From contig CAVTPD010000001.1 in the NCBI GenBank assembly GCA_963736575.1, positions 790,340 to 854,339 of the forward strand: DNA of 64,000 bases. Direction: 5' to 3'. The DNA comes from an uncultured Cytophagales bacterium (GTDB taxonomy: Bacteria; Bacteroidota; Bacteroidia; Cytophagales; JAAEPT01). Made by a program: the position numbers and the translations under genes. This document shows positions 45,668 through 57,444 of this stretch, in pieces (the first letter of the stretch is position 1; each line of letters begins with the position of its first letter). The notes below the pieces were generated by a model, which worked only from the letters and a program-made list of their open reading frames with translations, ran no database searches and was not told the origin of the DNA.

Positions 45668-46174
45668 TTAAATCAATTTTGTAAAATTCAGCATTTCAAG
45701 TGAAGACTTATTAATGTCTTCGCTTGTATTATTAATCATGATATCAAATAATTCCAGTTTTTCGGAATTAAAATGGCCCACCTTGCATTTTGCATTGGCT
45801 TGGGCTATAATTTTTTCAATCGGCAAAAATGTGGATGTATGAAGAGAAAACAAAAAATCGAATTTAGAATTCAAGAATTTATTACACTCTTCCGATTTTA
45901 TTTTGCCTTTCCAGTCGATATCTTTTTTTGTAAAGTTAAGAATGTCTTCCGAAGAACCCGGTATATCACCCGATTCAAAATTTAGTACTTGTACTACTTT
46001 TCCTTCGTTTCTTAACTGGTCAACAAAATATTGAACGGCCTCTCTGTTTTTAGAAAAGTCCTTTACCAGAATCCCAAAGTTTTTAGCCTCCGTATAGGGT
46101 ACGGCATTTATGTTTTTTTCAGCCTTTTTTATGGCTTTTTTAAACCGAATAGATAAGCCTAATTTTTTGAACAT
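45668..46174 (-). CDS. hypothetical protein
   Basis: 168-aa ORF packed between ligA and dapA. Confidence 0.6.
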   Translation of the reverse strand: MFKKLGLSIRFKKAIKKAEKNINAVPYTEAKNFGILVKDFSKNREAVQYFVDQLRNEGKVVQVLNFESGDIPGSSEDILNFTKKDIDWKGKIKSEECNKFLNSKFDFLFSLHTSTFLPIEKIIAQANAKCKVGHFNSEKLELFDIMINNTSEDINKSSLEMLNFTKLI

Positions 46175-46175
46175 C

Positions 46176-48191
<2,016 letters not shown>

Positions 48192-48259
48192 TTATACGTA
48201 TATTTAAACTCTAATTTAGTTAAATAAAAAGCTGGATAAAATAGCTCTTTTCATTCTGA

Positions 48260-49003
48260 ATGAAGATTTTAAGAAAGATACTGCCCATAATGCTATTCTT
48301 GAGCTTTTTTGCTCTTAATAAGAGTATAGCGGCTTCCCATTCACAAATTATTTACAACAATTTTAATTCGGTCTACGCAGCGTTCGAAAGAAACGACTAT
48401 AAGGCCAGCTTAGATCCTTTATTTAAGATATTAAGTCAAGATACTATTTTGCCCGACGAAGCTACTTTTTTCTTGGGTGTAGCCCTTTCTAAAATGGAAA
48501 AACACGAAGCCGGACAAAAAGCTTTGTTGAAATATATTCGGCTCACGAAAGATTCGGGCGATTATTTTATGGAAACGGTCAATCAGCTGATTGAAACCAA
48601 TACCATTTTAGGTGTTTTAGATAAAACCGACCGAATGATTTGTGACGCCATTGGCCCCTTAGAAAATGTTTTTGAGGAATGTCCTAAATGCCATGGTGAT
48701 AAATTGTCTGATGAAGATTGTAAACAATGCAGGGGCTCTAAATACGAAGTTTGCCCAGACTGTTTAGGAAAAGGTGTTGTGGTGAAATTTAGTTATTACG
48801 ACGACCATTCTTTGTGTAAAACCTGTGAAGGGAAAGGCTATGTGAGTTGTACCCGTTGCGAAGGTACAGGAAACGAGTTTAGATATTGTTCCCTTTGTTT
48901 GGGAGAAGGGCAGATAAAAAAGGCCAGAGAGTGTAACTTTGTGCACCAAAAAGAAGAGGAAGCAGATCACAAACATGAAGGAAGAGATACAGAAGGCAAT
49001 TGA
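48260..49003 (+). CDS. secreted protein with DnaJ-type CxxC zinc-finger repeats
   Basis: Signal peptide, a helical N-terminal half, then seven CxxC motifs (CPKC, CKQC, CPDC, CKTC, CTRC, CSLC...), several in CxxCxGxG form. Confidence 0.6.
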   Translation: MKILRKILPIMLFLSFFALNKSIAASHSQIIYNNFNSVYAAFERNDYKASLDPLFKILSQDTILPDEATFFLGVALSKMEKHEAGQKALLKYIRLTKDSGDYFMETVNQLIETNTILGVLDKTDRMICDAIGPLENVFEECPKCHGDKLSDEDCKQCRGSKYEVCPDCLGKGVVVKFSYYDDHSLCKTCEGKGYVSCTRCEGTGNEFRYCSLCLGEGQIKKARECNFVHQKEEEADHKHEGRDTEGN

Positions 49004-49538
49004 GGAGTTGAAAAAAGGGAATGTGATTCTCTATCCTGCAGAAACAGTTTGGGGAATTGGTTGTGATGCTACTAGCAGCGAAGCTGTAAACAAAATCTTT
49101 TCCATTAAACAACGGAATAGTGCTAAGGCGCTCATCATTCTAATTTCAGATTTAAACCAACTTTCTATGTACGTGCATGATGTTCCTGAAATTGCTTGGG
49201 ACATTATGGAGTTCAGTGAAAAACCCTTAACGGTTGTGTTGCCTGGTGCCAAAAATATTGCACCCGAATTGTTAGCAGATGATGGTACTATTGCCGTAAG
49301 ATGGGTGAAAGAAGGATTTATCCATAACCTCATTCAACGTTTTGGAAGAGCTATTACTTCTACTTCTGCCAACATTAGTGGGGGAGAATCACCGCTCGAT
49401 TTTCAGTCTATAAATAAAGAAATTATAGACCGTTGCGATTATGTAGTGCCTCAGACCTATGCACAGAAATTAACCGGAAAACCTTCTCAGATTGTTAAAA
49501 TAGGAAAAGGCGGTGAGTTTAAAATCATTAGAAAGTAA
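48975..49538 (+). CDS. tsaC: L-threonylcarbamoyladenylate synthase (YrdC/Sua5/TsaC family)
   Basis: ILYPAETVWGIGCDA and SANISG. The track ORF starts at 48939, but the ATG at 48975 is preferred. Confidence 0.8.
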   Translation: MKEEIQKAIEELKKGNVILYPAETVWGIGCDATSSEAVNKIFSIKQRNSAKALIILISDLNQLSMYVHDVPEIAWDIMEFSEKPLTVVLPGAKNIAPELLADDGTIAVRWVKEGFIHNLIQRFGRAITSTSANISGGESPLDFQSINKEIIDRCDYVVPQTYAQKLTGKPSQIVKIGKGGEFKIIRK

Positions 49539-49541
49539 TTC

Positions 49542-50963
49542 ATGAATTTAGTTGAAGCCCTAAAAGGAGATTTTTTTGATAAAGTAGTAGAAGCCGCTGA
49601 AGAACTTCAGGTAGATACCTATGTGGTGGGCGGATATGTTCGGGATTTTTTGTTAAAACGACCTTGTAAAGACATCGATTTTGTTTGCGTGGGCAGCGGG
49701 ATTGATTTAGCGCAACGCGTTTTCGAAAAAATAGGAGAAGACAAAGCCAGCTTCAGTTATTTTAAAAACTTTGGTACGGCCATGATTAAAATGGACGATA
49801 TGGAACTGGAGTTTGTGGGTGCCCGAAAAGAGTCTTACAACCGTGATTCTAGAAAACCGATTGTTGAAGACGGTACCTTAGAAGACGACCAAAACCGAAG
49901 AGATTTCACCATAAACGCACTGGCGATTAGTTTGAATAAAGCTACTTATGGCGAATTAGTAGATCCTTTTGATGGAGTGCAACACTTAAAAAGCAAAAAG
50001 ATTATTACGCCTTTAGCGCCTAAGGAAACCTTTTCGGACGATCCTTTACGCATGATGCGCGCCATCCGTTTTGCAGCGCAACTTAATTTTGATATTGATC
50101 CCGAAACCTTTGATGCCATTACGGCCAATAAAGAACGCATAGAAATTGTTTCCGGTGAACGAATTTCTACCGAGTTAAATAAAATTATACTTTCTAAAAC
50201 GCCTTCTTATGGATTTAAACTTTTGTTTATTTCGGGCATGTTAGAAAATATTTTTCCTGAAATGGTAGCCTTACACGGCGTAGAAACCATTAACGGAAAA
50301 TCGCACAAAGATAATTTTTACCACACCTTGCAGGTGCTAGACAATGTAGCGGAACGCAGCGATGATTTGTGGTTGCGTTGGTCGGCCATTTTACACGATA
50401 TAGCCAAACCGCCTACCAAACGATTTCACGAAAAAGCAGGTTTTACCTTCCACGGTCACGAAGAAATTGGAGCCCGCATGGTGCCCAAAATTTTCAGAAA
50501 ACTAAAACTTCCGTTGAACGAAAAGATGAGATACGTGCAAAAATTGGTACGTATGCACCTTAGACCGATTGCTCTAGTGAAGGATTTTATCACCGATTCG
50601 GCCTTGCGTAGATTGCTTTTTGATGCGGGCGAAGATTTGGAAGATCTGTTAATTCTTTGCCGTTGTGATATTACGTCTAAAAACGATAATCGGGTAAAGC
50701 GTTATTTAAAGAATTTTAAGGTTCTGGAAGAAAAACTGATTCAGGTGGAAGAAACCGATAAGCTGCGGAATTTTCAACCAGTAATAAGCGGAGAAATGAT
50801 TATGGAAACGTTTTGCCTAAAACCGTCTAAAGAAGTGGGTGTGATAAAAGACGCCATCCGTGAAGCCGTGCTAGAAGGAAAGATTAAAAACGAATACGAC
50901 CAAGCTTATGGCTTAATGCTAGAAGAAGGCGAAAAATTGGGTTTAGTACCCGTAGCAAAATAG
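49542..50963 (+). CDS. CCA-adding enzyme / poly(A) polymerase-family tRNA nucleotidyltransferase with an HD domain
   Basis: VGGYVRDFLL, DIDF, RRDFTINA and an HD region (LHDIAKP...HGHEE). Confidence 0.85.
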   Translation: MNLVEALKGDFFDKVVEAAEELQVDTYVVGGYVRDFLLKRPCKDIDFVCVGSGIDLAQRVFEKIGEDKASFSYFKNFGTAMIKMDDMELEFVGARKESYNRDSRKPIVEDGTLEDDQNRRDFTINALAISLNKATYGELVDPFDGVQHLKSKKIITPLAPKETFSDDPLRMMRAIRFAAQLNFDIDPETFDAITANKERIEIVSGERISTELNKIILSKTPSYGFKLLFISGMLENIFPEMVALHGVETINGKSHKDNFYHTLQVLDNVAERSDDLWLRWSAILHDIAKPPTKRFHEKAGFTFHGHEEIGARMVPKIFRKLKLPLNEKMRYVQKLVRMHLRPIALVKDFITDSALRRLLFDAGEDLEDLLILCRCDITSKNDNRVKRYLKNFKVLEEKLIQVEETDKLRNFQPVISGEMIMETFCLKPSKEVGVIKDAIREAVLEGKIKNEYDQAYGLMLEEGEKLGLVPVAK

Positions 50964-50966
50964 CCT

Positions 50967-51875
50967 ATGCTGTCTGTTCTAATTCCCGTATTTAATTTTG
51001 ATTGTTCGGTGTTGATTGAGCATTTGATAGAACAGATTGAAACCCAAAATCTACCCGCAGAAGTCGTTTTGTACGACGATTGTTCTGATCCCTCTAATGT
51101 AGGTTTTTTAGACAAATTCCGAAATAAATATTCATTTCTGAAAATATACAAAGGCGAACAAAATCTGGGTTTTACCAAAGTAAGAAACCACATTGCTACA
51201 CTGGCCCAGTTTGATAACCTCCTTTTTATGGACGGTGATGTAGAGTTGGTGAATAATAACTTCCTGCAAACCTATTTGGACAAAATACCTTATGCAGAAG
51301 TCTGTTGCGGTGGTATTTTATACAAAGACCAAAAACCCCAAGACCAATCTTTAATCCTGAAATGGAAACATGGTAAACTACGCGAAGAGGGTAGAATAAA
51401 AGAAAAGCAAAACAACCCGTGGGTAGCGTTTAGCGCGGCTAATTTTCTTATTCAGAAATCGGTATTAGAAGCCATTCCTTTTGATGAAGCTTCTATGGGC
51501 TATGGTTACAACGATACCTTGTACGGCTACCATTTAATGCGTAATAAGGTAAACGTTATACATATTGATAATCCGGTCTATCACGAAGGCTTGATGTCGG
51601 CAGAGAAGTTCTTAAACCGAATAGAAGAAAGCTTTAGAAACCTCAGTCGTTTAGAACAAAGCGACTATGTAGAAAAAGAAAGTTTTTACCGTTTTTTAAA
51701 AGTACTAAACACCTATACCCAACTTAAAAATAAGGGATTGTTGCCTCTAGTTAAAGTACTAGCAAAGCTGTTTAGAAAGCCCTTTAAAAAGGCTTTATTA
51801 AAATCTAGTGATCCTAATTTACGTCAGCTGGACTTTTACAAGTTGTTTGTATTGGTGGAGGAGAGGGGATCTTAA
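50967..51875 (+). CDS. family-2 glycosyltransferase
   Basis: LSVLIPVFN and YDDCSD, with a DGD in FMDGDVEL. Confidence 0.75.
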   Translation: MLSVLIPVFNFDCSVLIEHLIEQIETQNLPAEVVLYDDCSDPSNVGFLDKFRNKYSFLKIYKGEQNLGFTKVRNHIATLAQFDNLLFMDGDVELVNNNFLQTYLDKIPYAEVCCGGILYKDQKPQDQSLILKWKHGKLREEGRIKEKQNNPWVAFSAANFLIQKSVLEAIPFDEASMGYGYNDTLYGYHLMRNKVNVIHIDNPVYHEGLMSAEKFLNRIEESFRNLSRLEQSDYVEKESFYRFLKVLNTYTQLKNKGLLPLVKVLAKLFRKPFKKALLKSSDPNLRQLDFYKLFVLVEERGS

Positions 51876-52021
51876 ATTATTTTACTAAATCCAAGTAATT
51901 CATTCTATATTTCGGTTACGACAGTTCAAACATCCGCTTAGACCTATTAATGTAACCCTTAAAGTTACAAAGCATCAGTGGATGCTTGCGCTGTAGGATT
52001 TAGAAAAGTACAATTTATTAT

Positions 52022-52888
52022 ATGAGAAATTTATATGTTTTTGTGGTAGTGTTTTTAAATATTGCTTGTGAAAGTCCTGAATCCATTCATGTAAAGCAAA
52101 ATGTGGACACCACACAATTGAGACCCAAATGTGAAATAATAAACCAGTTAAGCTTGAAAAACATGATATTAAACTATCCTGTTATTAAAGATTCTATTTG
52201 TTTTAAAACAAAATTGATAGAGGATTACGACTTGTTTGTTGGTGGTAAAAGAATTGATCAAACAGATATAAATTATTTCAAAAAAATTAATGTTTGTAAA
52301 GGGAACGATTCGTCTTATTACTTATTAGAGTTTGATTATCATGATTGGTCAATGGCATCACATCCTTGGAAATACCAACTTCTTTTTAATCATAAGGCTG
52401 AATTAATAAAAATATTCTATGCTGATAGCTTGAAGATGTTAAAGGTTTTTGATAATGAGGCACCTATGATAGTAGAGATTTCATCTACTGCAAAGGGTAA
52501 CGGTGCCTACTCTTTCTATCAATTTGAAGGAGATAGCTTAATAAATATTTTTAAAGGCTTTTCGGAATACTTACCTAGACTTGTTGATGAACATCAAGAT
52601 CATACAGTTAATGAACCTGCAGCTCTAAATTATGTAGCCATTGATGTAAATTGTGATGGTTTTAGAGATTTGTACTTTTTTGGAAAATTAGTATTAATTG
52701 AAGAATATGTTCCAGAAATTGGATGGATAGGTGGTTATACACAAAACGATATTTCTGTTAAATATTCAATTGATAACCCATATAAAAAAATTCCAATTGA
52801 ATATGTTTTTTTATACGATCCTAAACTGAATAGGTTTATAGAAAAAGAAAATTATTTCGAAAAGTATAAAAGTTTGTTTGGTGAGTAA
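52022..52888 (+). CDS. orphan lipoprotein, unknown function
   Basis: Lipobox LNIAC. 288 aa with no recognisable family. Inserted between two glycosyltransferase genes. Confidence 0.6.
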   Translation: MRNLYVFVVVFLNIACESPESIHVKQNVDTTQLRPKCEIINQLSLKNMILNYPVIKDSICFKTKLIEDYDLFVGGKRIDQTDINYFKKINVCKGNDSSYYLLEFDYHDWSMASHPWKYQLLFNHKAELIKIFYADSLKMLKVFDNEAPMIVEISSTAKGNGAYSFYQFEGDSLINIFKGFSEYLPRLVDEHQDHTVNEPAALNYVAIDVNCDGFRDLYFFGKLVLIEEYVPEIGWIGGYTQNDISVKYSIDNPYKKIPIEYVFLYDPKLNRFIEKENYFEKYKSLFGE

Positions 52889-52897
52889 CCTATCCCC

Positions 52898-52947
52898 GCT
52901 GTTCGTGATTTGTAATCACGAACCATTATCATAGGATTTTTAATCCG
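52898..52947 (+). repeat. REP/IS200-end-like double-hairpin module, copy 2
   Basis: GTTCGTGATT-TGT-AATCACGAAC (perfect 10-bp stem), then GGATT-TTT-AATCC. Confidence 0.6.
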
Positions 52948-53076
52948 TCTTTATAATAGAATTGTGGTTTTTATCTATTTGAGATTATAAAGGGTTACAA
53001 ACCATACGATAGAGCTTAGGAATTGCAACTTCCGAAGAGCAAGCTTTTTCAAAAACAGAATAGAATTATTGAGAGA

Positions 53077-54177
53077 TCATGTGGAAGAACTCAAAAAGAA
53101 ATCTGAATACAACTTCAGTAAAATTTTTTCTTCATTTTCCCAACACAACTCTTGTTTTGCCTTTTGGGTATTGGCTTTTAATAGATCGTAGGTGGAACTG
53201 TCTTTCAATTCGTTTACGGCTACTTTTATGCTTTCCGGGTTTAGGTCAGCTGTTAAAATGGCTACGTTGTAAACTCGGTTCAATTCTTGGTATTCCGGGA
53301 AATTGATGCAGATCTGTGGTTTTTCAGCCTGAACGTAATCGAAGAATTTATTAGCCAGAGAATAGTAATAACTCAACCCCAGATTTTCTAAAAGATTTAT
53401 GCCAATCCAACACTTTTTGGTCAACTCTTTTAATTCGGCAGGTGGAATAAAACCTTTAAATTCAACTTTAGATTCTAATTTCAACGTACGGCTTAGTACT
53501 TCCAGTTCTTCTCTAAGCGGACCGTCACCGGCAATGATAAGCTTGGCGTGTAAATCGGGCATCGCTTCAATCAATGCTTTTAAACCACGTCCGCGGTTTA
53601 ATGCCCCTTGGTAAAGAATGGTTTTGATTTCGAAATCTCTTTCAGAAGAACAATTGGTATAAAGCAGTGGTAAATTCCGAACAACATAGAAAGGTGTATT
53701 GAATTCCTTAGCCATGATTTCCGCCAATTTTGGCGCTACGGAATAACATAAATCTGTTTTTGGGATCAATTTATCTTCTAATGCGCGCCAGATTTTCTTT
53801 TCTTTTTCACGTTGATGCAAACCAGAAGTTTCTGAGAAGAATTCGTGCGCATCGTAAATTAAAGGTGTCTTTTTAAAACGCTTTAAAAACGTACCAACGA
53901 ATAAGGTATCGGTATCACAACTGCAAAGCGCATCCATTTTCTTAAAGAAAAGAAACAGCAACAAACGCAAGTGAAATTCTAGGTAGAAAAATTTTCCTTT
54001 CTTAAAAAAGCAGAATAAACGATGGGTTGTAAAAGGAAAAGAGGAGGGGTTAATTTTTCGACCATTACGGCCTACTAAATGCACTTGGTATTGGTTTTTG
54101 GATAGAGACGTACATATCCGGTGCATGCGTTGGTCGGAAACCAAATCATTAGTAACGGTAAAGTATACTACCTTCAA
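53077..54177 (-). CDS. GT4-family (GT-B fold) glycosyltransferase
   Basis: The C-terminal half has the GT1/GT4 pattern (LIIAGDGPLREELE...VEFKGF). Confidence 0.75.
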   Translation of the reverse strand: MKVVYFTVTNDLVSDQRMHRICTSLSKNQYQVHLVGRNGRKINPSSFPFTTHRLFCFFKKGKFFYLEFHLRLLLFLFFKKMDALCSCDTDTLFVGTFLKRFKKTPLIYDAHEFFSETSGLHQREKEKKIWRALEDKLIPKTDLCYSVAPKLAEIMAKEFNTPFYVVRNLPLLYTNCSSERDFEIKTILYQGALNRGRGLKALIEAMPDLHAKLIIAGDGPLREELEVLSRTLKLESKVEFKGFIPPAELKELTKKCWIGINLLENLGLSYYYSLANKFFDYVQAEKPQICINFPEYQELNRVYNVAILTADLNPESIKVAVNELKDSSTYDLLKANTQKAKQELCWENEEKILLKLYSDFFLSSST

Positions 54178-54899
54178 AATATCTTCTGAGAGAAGTGATT
54201 GTCTAAGTTAATTGCTGCAACGGCAGAGTCAAGCACCTTTTTTTCTTCGCACAGCAAAAAACGCTCTGGGAATTTTTTAACAAAATTATGGTTGTGTGTA
54301 GCCATTAAAACCGTAGTTCCACTTCGGTTAATGCCTTTAAAAATATCAAGGATTTTAACAGCTGTTTCAGGGTCAAGATTACCGGTAGGTTCGTCTGCTA
54401 GCAAAAGAGTAGGCTCATTAAGTAACGCGCGGGAAATCACCACACGTTGCTGCTCACCACCAGAAAGTTGATAGGGCATTTTGTTCATAGAAGATTCTAA
54501 ACCTACGCGCATCAATACATCCGAAATGCGTTGTTTGATCTTTGCTTTAGATTTCCAACCTGTTGCTTTTAATACAAAATGTAAGTTTTCGTAAACGGTA
54601 CGGTCGGTAAATAATTCAAAATCCTGAAATATAATCCCCAATTTTCTGCGAAGATCGGGGATTTTATTGAAGTGAATTTTATTTAAATCAAATCCGGCAA
54701 CATTAACTTGGCCTTCATCAAAAGGAATGTCTGCGTATAATGTTTTTAAAATAGAACTTTTTCCAGACCCAGTTCTTCCTAAAAGGTAGACAAACTCCCC
54801 TTTATGAATACTAAAATTCACGTCTTCAAGAACAGGGAAACCCTCTTGTTGAATAATTGTATTTTGTATTTGAACTACCGGTTCGTTGGAAAAACTCAT
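54174..54899 (-). CDS. ftsE: cell-division ABC ATPase FtsE
   Basis: Walker A GRTGSGKSS, signature LSGGEQQR and Walker B LLLADEPTGNLD. Confidence 0.8.
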   Translation of the reverse strand: MSFSNEPVVQIQNTIIQQEGFPVLEDVNFSIHKGEFVYLLGRTGSGKSSILKTLYADIPFDEGQVNVAGFDLNKIHFNKIPDLRRKLGIIFQDFELFTDRTVYENLHFVLKATGWKSKAKIKQRISDVLMRVGLESSMNKMPYQLSGGEQQRVVISRALLNEPTLLLADEPTGNLDPETAVKILDIFKGINRSGTTVLMATHNHNFVKKFPERFLLCEEKKVLDSAVAAINLDNHFSQKIF

Positions 54900-54900
54900 A

Positions 54901-55557
54901 TTAACCGTTTGCTTTTTTGTGGTCTGCTAAGAATTTAGCTAATCCGCTGTCCGTTAAAGGATGGTTTAATAAAGCTAGAATTACACTTAATGGACAAGTA
55001 ACAACATCTGCTCCCATTCTTGCGCAATCTAATAAATGAGGAATATGTCTTACTGAAGCTGCTAAAACTTCTGTTTCGTACCCGTAATTATTAAAGATGT
55101 GAACACAATCTTCAATTAAGCCCATTCCGTTAGCGCCTATATCGTCTAATCTTCCAATAAATGGTGAAACGTATGTAGCACCAGCTTTAGCGGCTAAAAG
55201 CGCTTGACCAGAAGAAAATACTAAAGTGCAATTGGTTTTAATTCCTTCGGAAGAAAAAGCGTTAATGGCTTTAATTCCGTCCTTTATCATAGGAACCTTA
55301 ACTACTATTTTGTCGTCTAGTTTGGCAAGTGCTCTACCTTCTCTAAGAATTCCTTCAAAGTCGGTTGCAATAACTTCGGCACTAACATCACCGTCTACAA
55401 CGTCACAAATAGCTTTATAATGATTTTTAACTTTTTCGTCTCCAGCAATTCCTTCTTTAGCCATTAATGAAGGGTTAGTGGTTACACCATCTAAAACACC
55501 TAAATCGTATGCTTCTTTAATTTCTTCAATATTGGCCGTATCTATGAAAAATTTCAT
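54901..55557 (-). CDS. fsa: fructose-6-phosphate aldolase / type 3B transaldolase
   Basis: [31 protein letters not shown] and the Schiff-base Lys context VVKVP. Confidence 0.9.
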   Translation of the reverse strand: MKFFIDTANIEEIKEAYDLGVLDGVTTNPSLMAKEGIAGDEKVKNHYKAICDVVDGDVSAEVIATDFEGILREGRALAKLDDKIVVKVPMIKDGIKAINAFSSEGIKTNCTLVFSSGQALLAAKAGATYVSPFIGRLDDIGANGMGLIEDCVHIFNNYGYETEVLAASVRHIPHLLDCARMGADVVTCPLSVILALLNHPLTDSGLAKFLADHKKANG

Positions 55558-55601
55558 TGGGTTTTTATTTTAAAGATATATAAAGGATGGGAATAAAAAA
55601 A

Positions 55602-55691
55602 GGCAAACCGAACATCGCACCGCTCGACCACTTACCCTTGCTACCGTCAGGTCCTGGGGGATTCAGCAGGAGCTGGTCGTGCCGATTTGCC
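55602..55691 (+). ncRNA. ffs: probable small (4.5S-type) SRP RNA
   Basis: Long hairpin closed by GGCAAA/TTTGCC. The 5' arm GUCAGGUCC is identical to the E. coli 4.5S domain IV, and the 3' arm carries AGCAG. The ends are approximate. Confidence 0.55.
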
Positions 55692-55866
55692 GCTGCAAAA
55701 CTAAGGATTCTTTTTTGAATTTGAAATGAATGTTAAGAGATATTGAAATAAGTTTTTATTTCGGCTTTAAATGAACTGATATGCACTATCTATTTGTTGT
55801 GATAAAATAGGATTACATGCCATAAAAAGATAAAAAGTTTTAGATTTATATAAAATCAAATACGCT

Positions 55867-56133
55867 ATGAAAATTACTGAAATTAAAATACTTATGGCTG
55901 CTGTTGCGGGCATAATTGGCGGTATTGTTCTTGGGATGTTTTTGTTTTCCCCAGATCAAGAAGAAAAACGCGAAGAGTTTATGAAACGTTGGGGCAGCTT
56001 AAAAGAACGTGCAAAAAAAGCTGAAAAAGACGGTAAAGAAAGTTTAGACGGGATTAAGACAAGCTTAAAAGAGCTTTTGTCAGATATTCAGGATACAATT
56101 AAGAGTAAGGATAGTGGAGAATCAGTTCAGTAG
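55867..56133 (+). CDS. YtxH-like small membrane-anchored protein
   Basis: N-terminal TM helix followed by a K/E-rich helix. 88 aa. Confidence 0.6.
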   Translation: MKITEIKILMAAVAGIIGGIVLGMFLFSPDQEEKREEFMKRWGSLKERAKKAEKDGKESLDGIKTSLKELLSDIQDTIKSKDSGESVQ

Positions 56134-56503
56134 TATCTTTTCGGAATTATTAGATAAAATAAAGCTACACTTAGAGACAAGGAAAGATCTTTTAAAACTT
56201 AGGTTTTTAGATAAGTTTTCCATATTAATGGCTTCAGTAGCTACTATGGCATTTTTAATGCTTTCAGGGCTTTTTACGCTGTTTTTTATAGGTATTGGTT
56301 TGTCTCTTCTCATCAACGATTGGCTAGAAAGCTATTTTTTAGGGTATTTTATTGTTTCGGCACTTTGGCTATTAACGGTTGTTTTAGTGTTTATGAGAGT
56401 AGTAAGAACAGGAGTACCTTTATTCACCAACAGATTTATACAATTGCTGTCATTAGTACTTGAAGTAAAGGAAGAAAAAAAGAAGACAGATGATAAAGAA
56501 TAG
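56114..56503 (+). CDS. DUF1469/holin-X-like two-TM protein
   Basis: 129 aa with two hydrophobic helices. Overlaps the YtxH-like gene. Confidence 0.5.
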   Translation: MENQFSSIFSELLDKIKLHLETRKDLLKLRFLDKFSILMASVATMAFLMLSGLFTLFFIGIGLSLLINDWLESYFLGYFIVSALWLLTVVLVFMRVVRTGVPLFTNRFIQLLSLVLEVKEEKKKTDDKE

Positions 56504-56654
56504 AAAAGAATTAAAACGACGGATAGCTTGTTTGAGCGAGATTAAAACTCAGTCTGCTCAAGAAGTGCGTTTAGAAACCAAAATGATCAAATTTAGAGTA
56601 GAACAGTATTTTTTAACTGAAGCGATTAAAAAAGTAATGAACTGGTTTGTATAA
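56490..56654 (+). CDS. possible 54-aa small protein completing the YtxH triad
   Basis: ATG-started ORF (MIKNRKELKRRIACLSEIK...) overlapping the previous stop. Below the track's length cutoff. Confidence 0.3.
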   Translation: MIKNRKELKRRIACLSEIKTQSAQEVRLETKMIKFRVEQYFLTEAIKKVMNWFV

Positions 56655-56658
56655 AAAA

Positions 56659-57435
56659 CTATAGTTCGTCTAAAAACGAAGTTAGAGGACTGCTTGCTTC
56701 AGCGTGAATAGAAGGAGCAGCTAGTTTAGCGTTATAAGCGATTCTTCCGGCCTCAATAGCCATTTTAAAAGCCTTTGCCATCTCAACTGGGTTAGGTGAT
56801 ACCGCAATGGCGGTATTTACCAAAACAGCATCGGCGCCCATTTCCATAGCTTCAGCAGCATGGGAAGGTGCTCCAATACCTGCGTCTACAATAACAGGCA
56901 AGTTGCTTTGTTCTATGATAATTTCTAGAAAATCACGTGTTTTTAATCCCTTATTAGTGCCTATGGGTGCGCCTAAGGGCATAACAGCAGATGCACCGGC
57001 TTCTTCTAAGCGTTTGCATAGAACTGGGTCTGCGTGAATATAAGGCAGAATAATAAAACCTAGTTTAGCTAACTCTTCCGTTGCTTTTAAGGTTTCAATA
57101 GGATCGGGTAATAAATACTTAGGGTCTGGATGAATTTCTAGTTTTAACCAATTTGTTTCAAGTGCTTCGCGCGCTAGTTGTGCTGCAAAAATGGCTTCTT
57201 TAGCCGAACGTACACCCGATGTATTAGGAAGTAAATTTATATGTGGGTGATCCAAATGCTCAATAATACCGTCGTTGTGATTCTGAGTGTCTACTCTTCT
57301 TAAGGCTACGGTTACCAATTCACTTCCAGATTCTAGGGTAGCTTGTTCCATTACAGCATTAGAACTGTATTTTCCCGTACCTACAAAAAGGCGAGAATGA
57401 AACGATTTACCAGCAATGATTAATGAATCTGTCAT
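56659..57435 (-). CDS. thiG: thiazole synthase
   Basis: 258 aa with [14 protein letters not shown] and IVDAGIG. Confidence 0.9.
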   Translation of the reverse strand: MTDSLIIAGKSFHSRLFVGTGKYSSNAVMEQATLESGSELVTVALRRVDTQNHNDGIIEHLDHPHINLLPNTSGVRSAKEAIFAAQLAREALETNWLKLEIHPDPKYLLPDPIETLKATEELAKLGFIILPYIHADPVLCKRLEEAGASAVMPLGAPIGTNKGLKTRDFLEIIIEQSNLPVIVDAGIGAPSHAAEAMEMGADAVLVNTAIAVSPNPVEMAKAFKMAIEAGRIAYNAKLAAPSIHAEASSPLTSFLDEL

Positions 57436-57444
57436 AAGTTGTGT

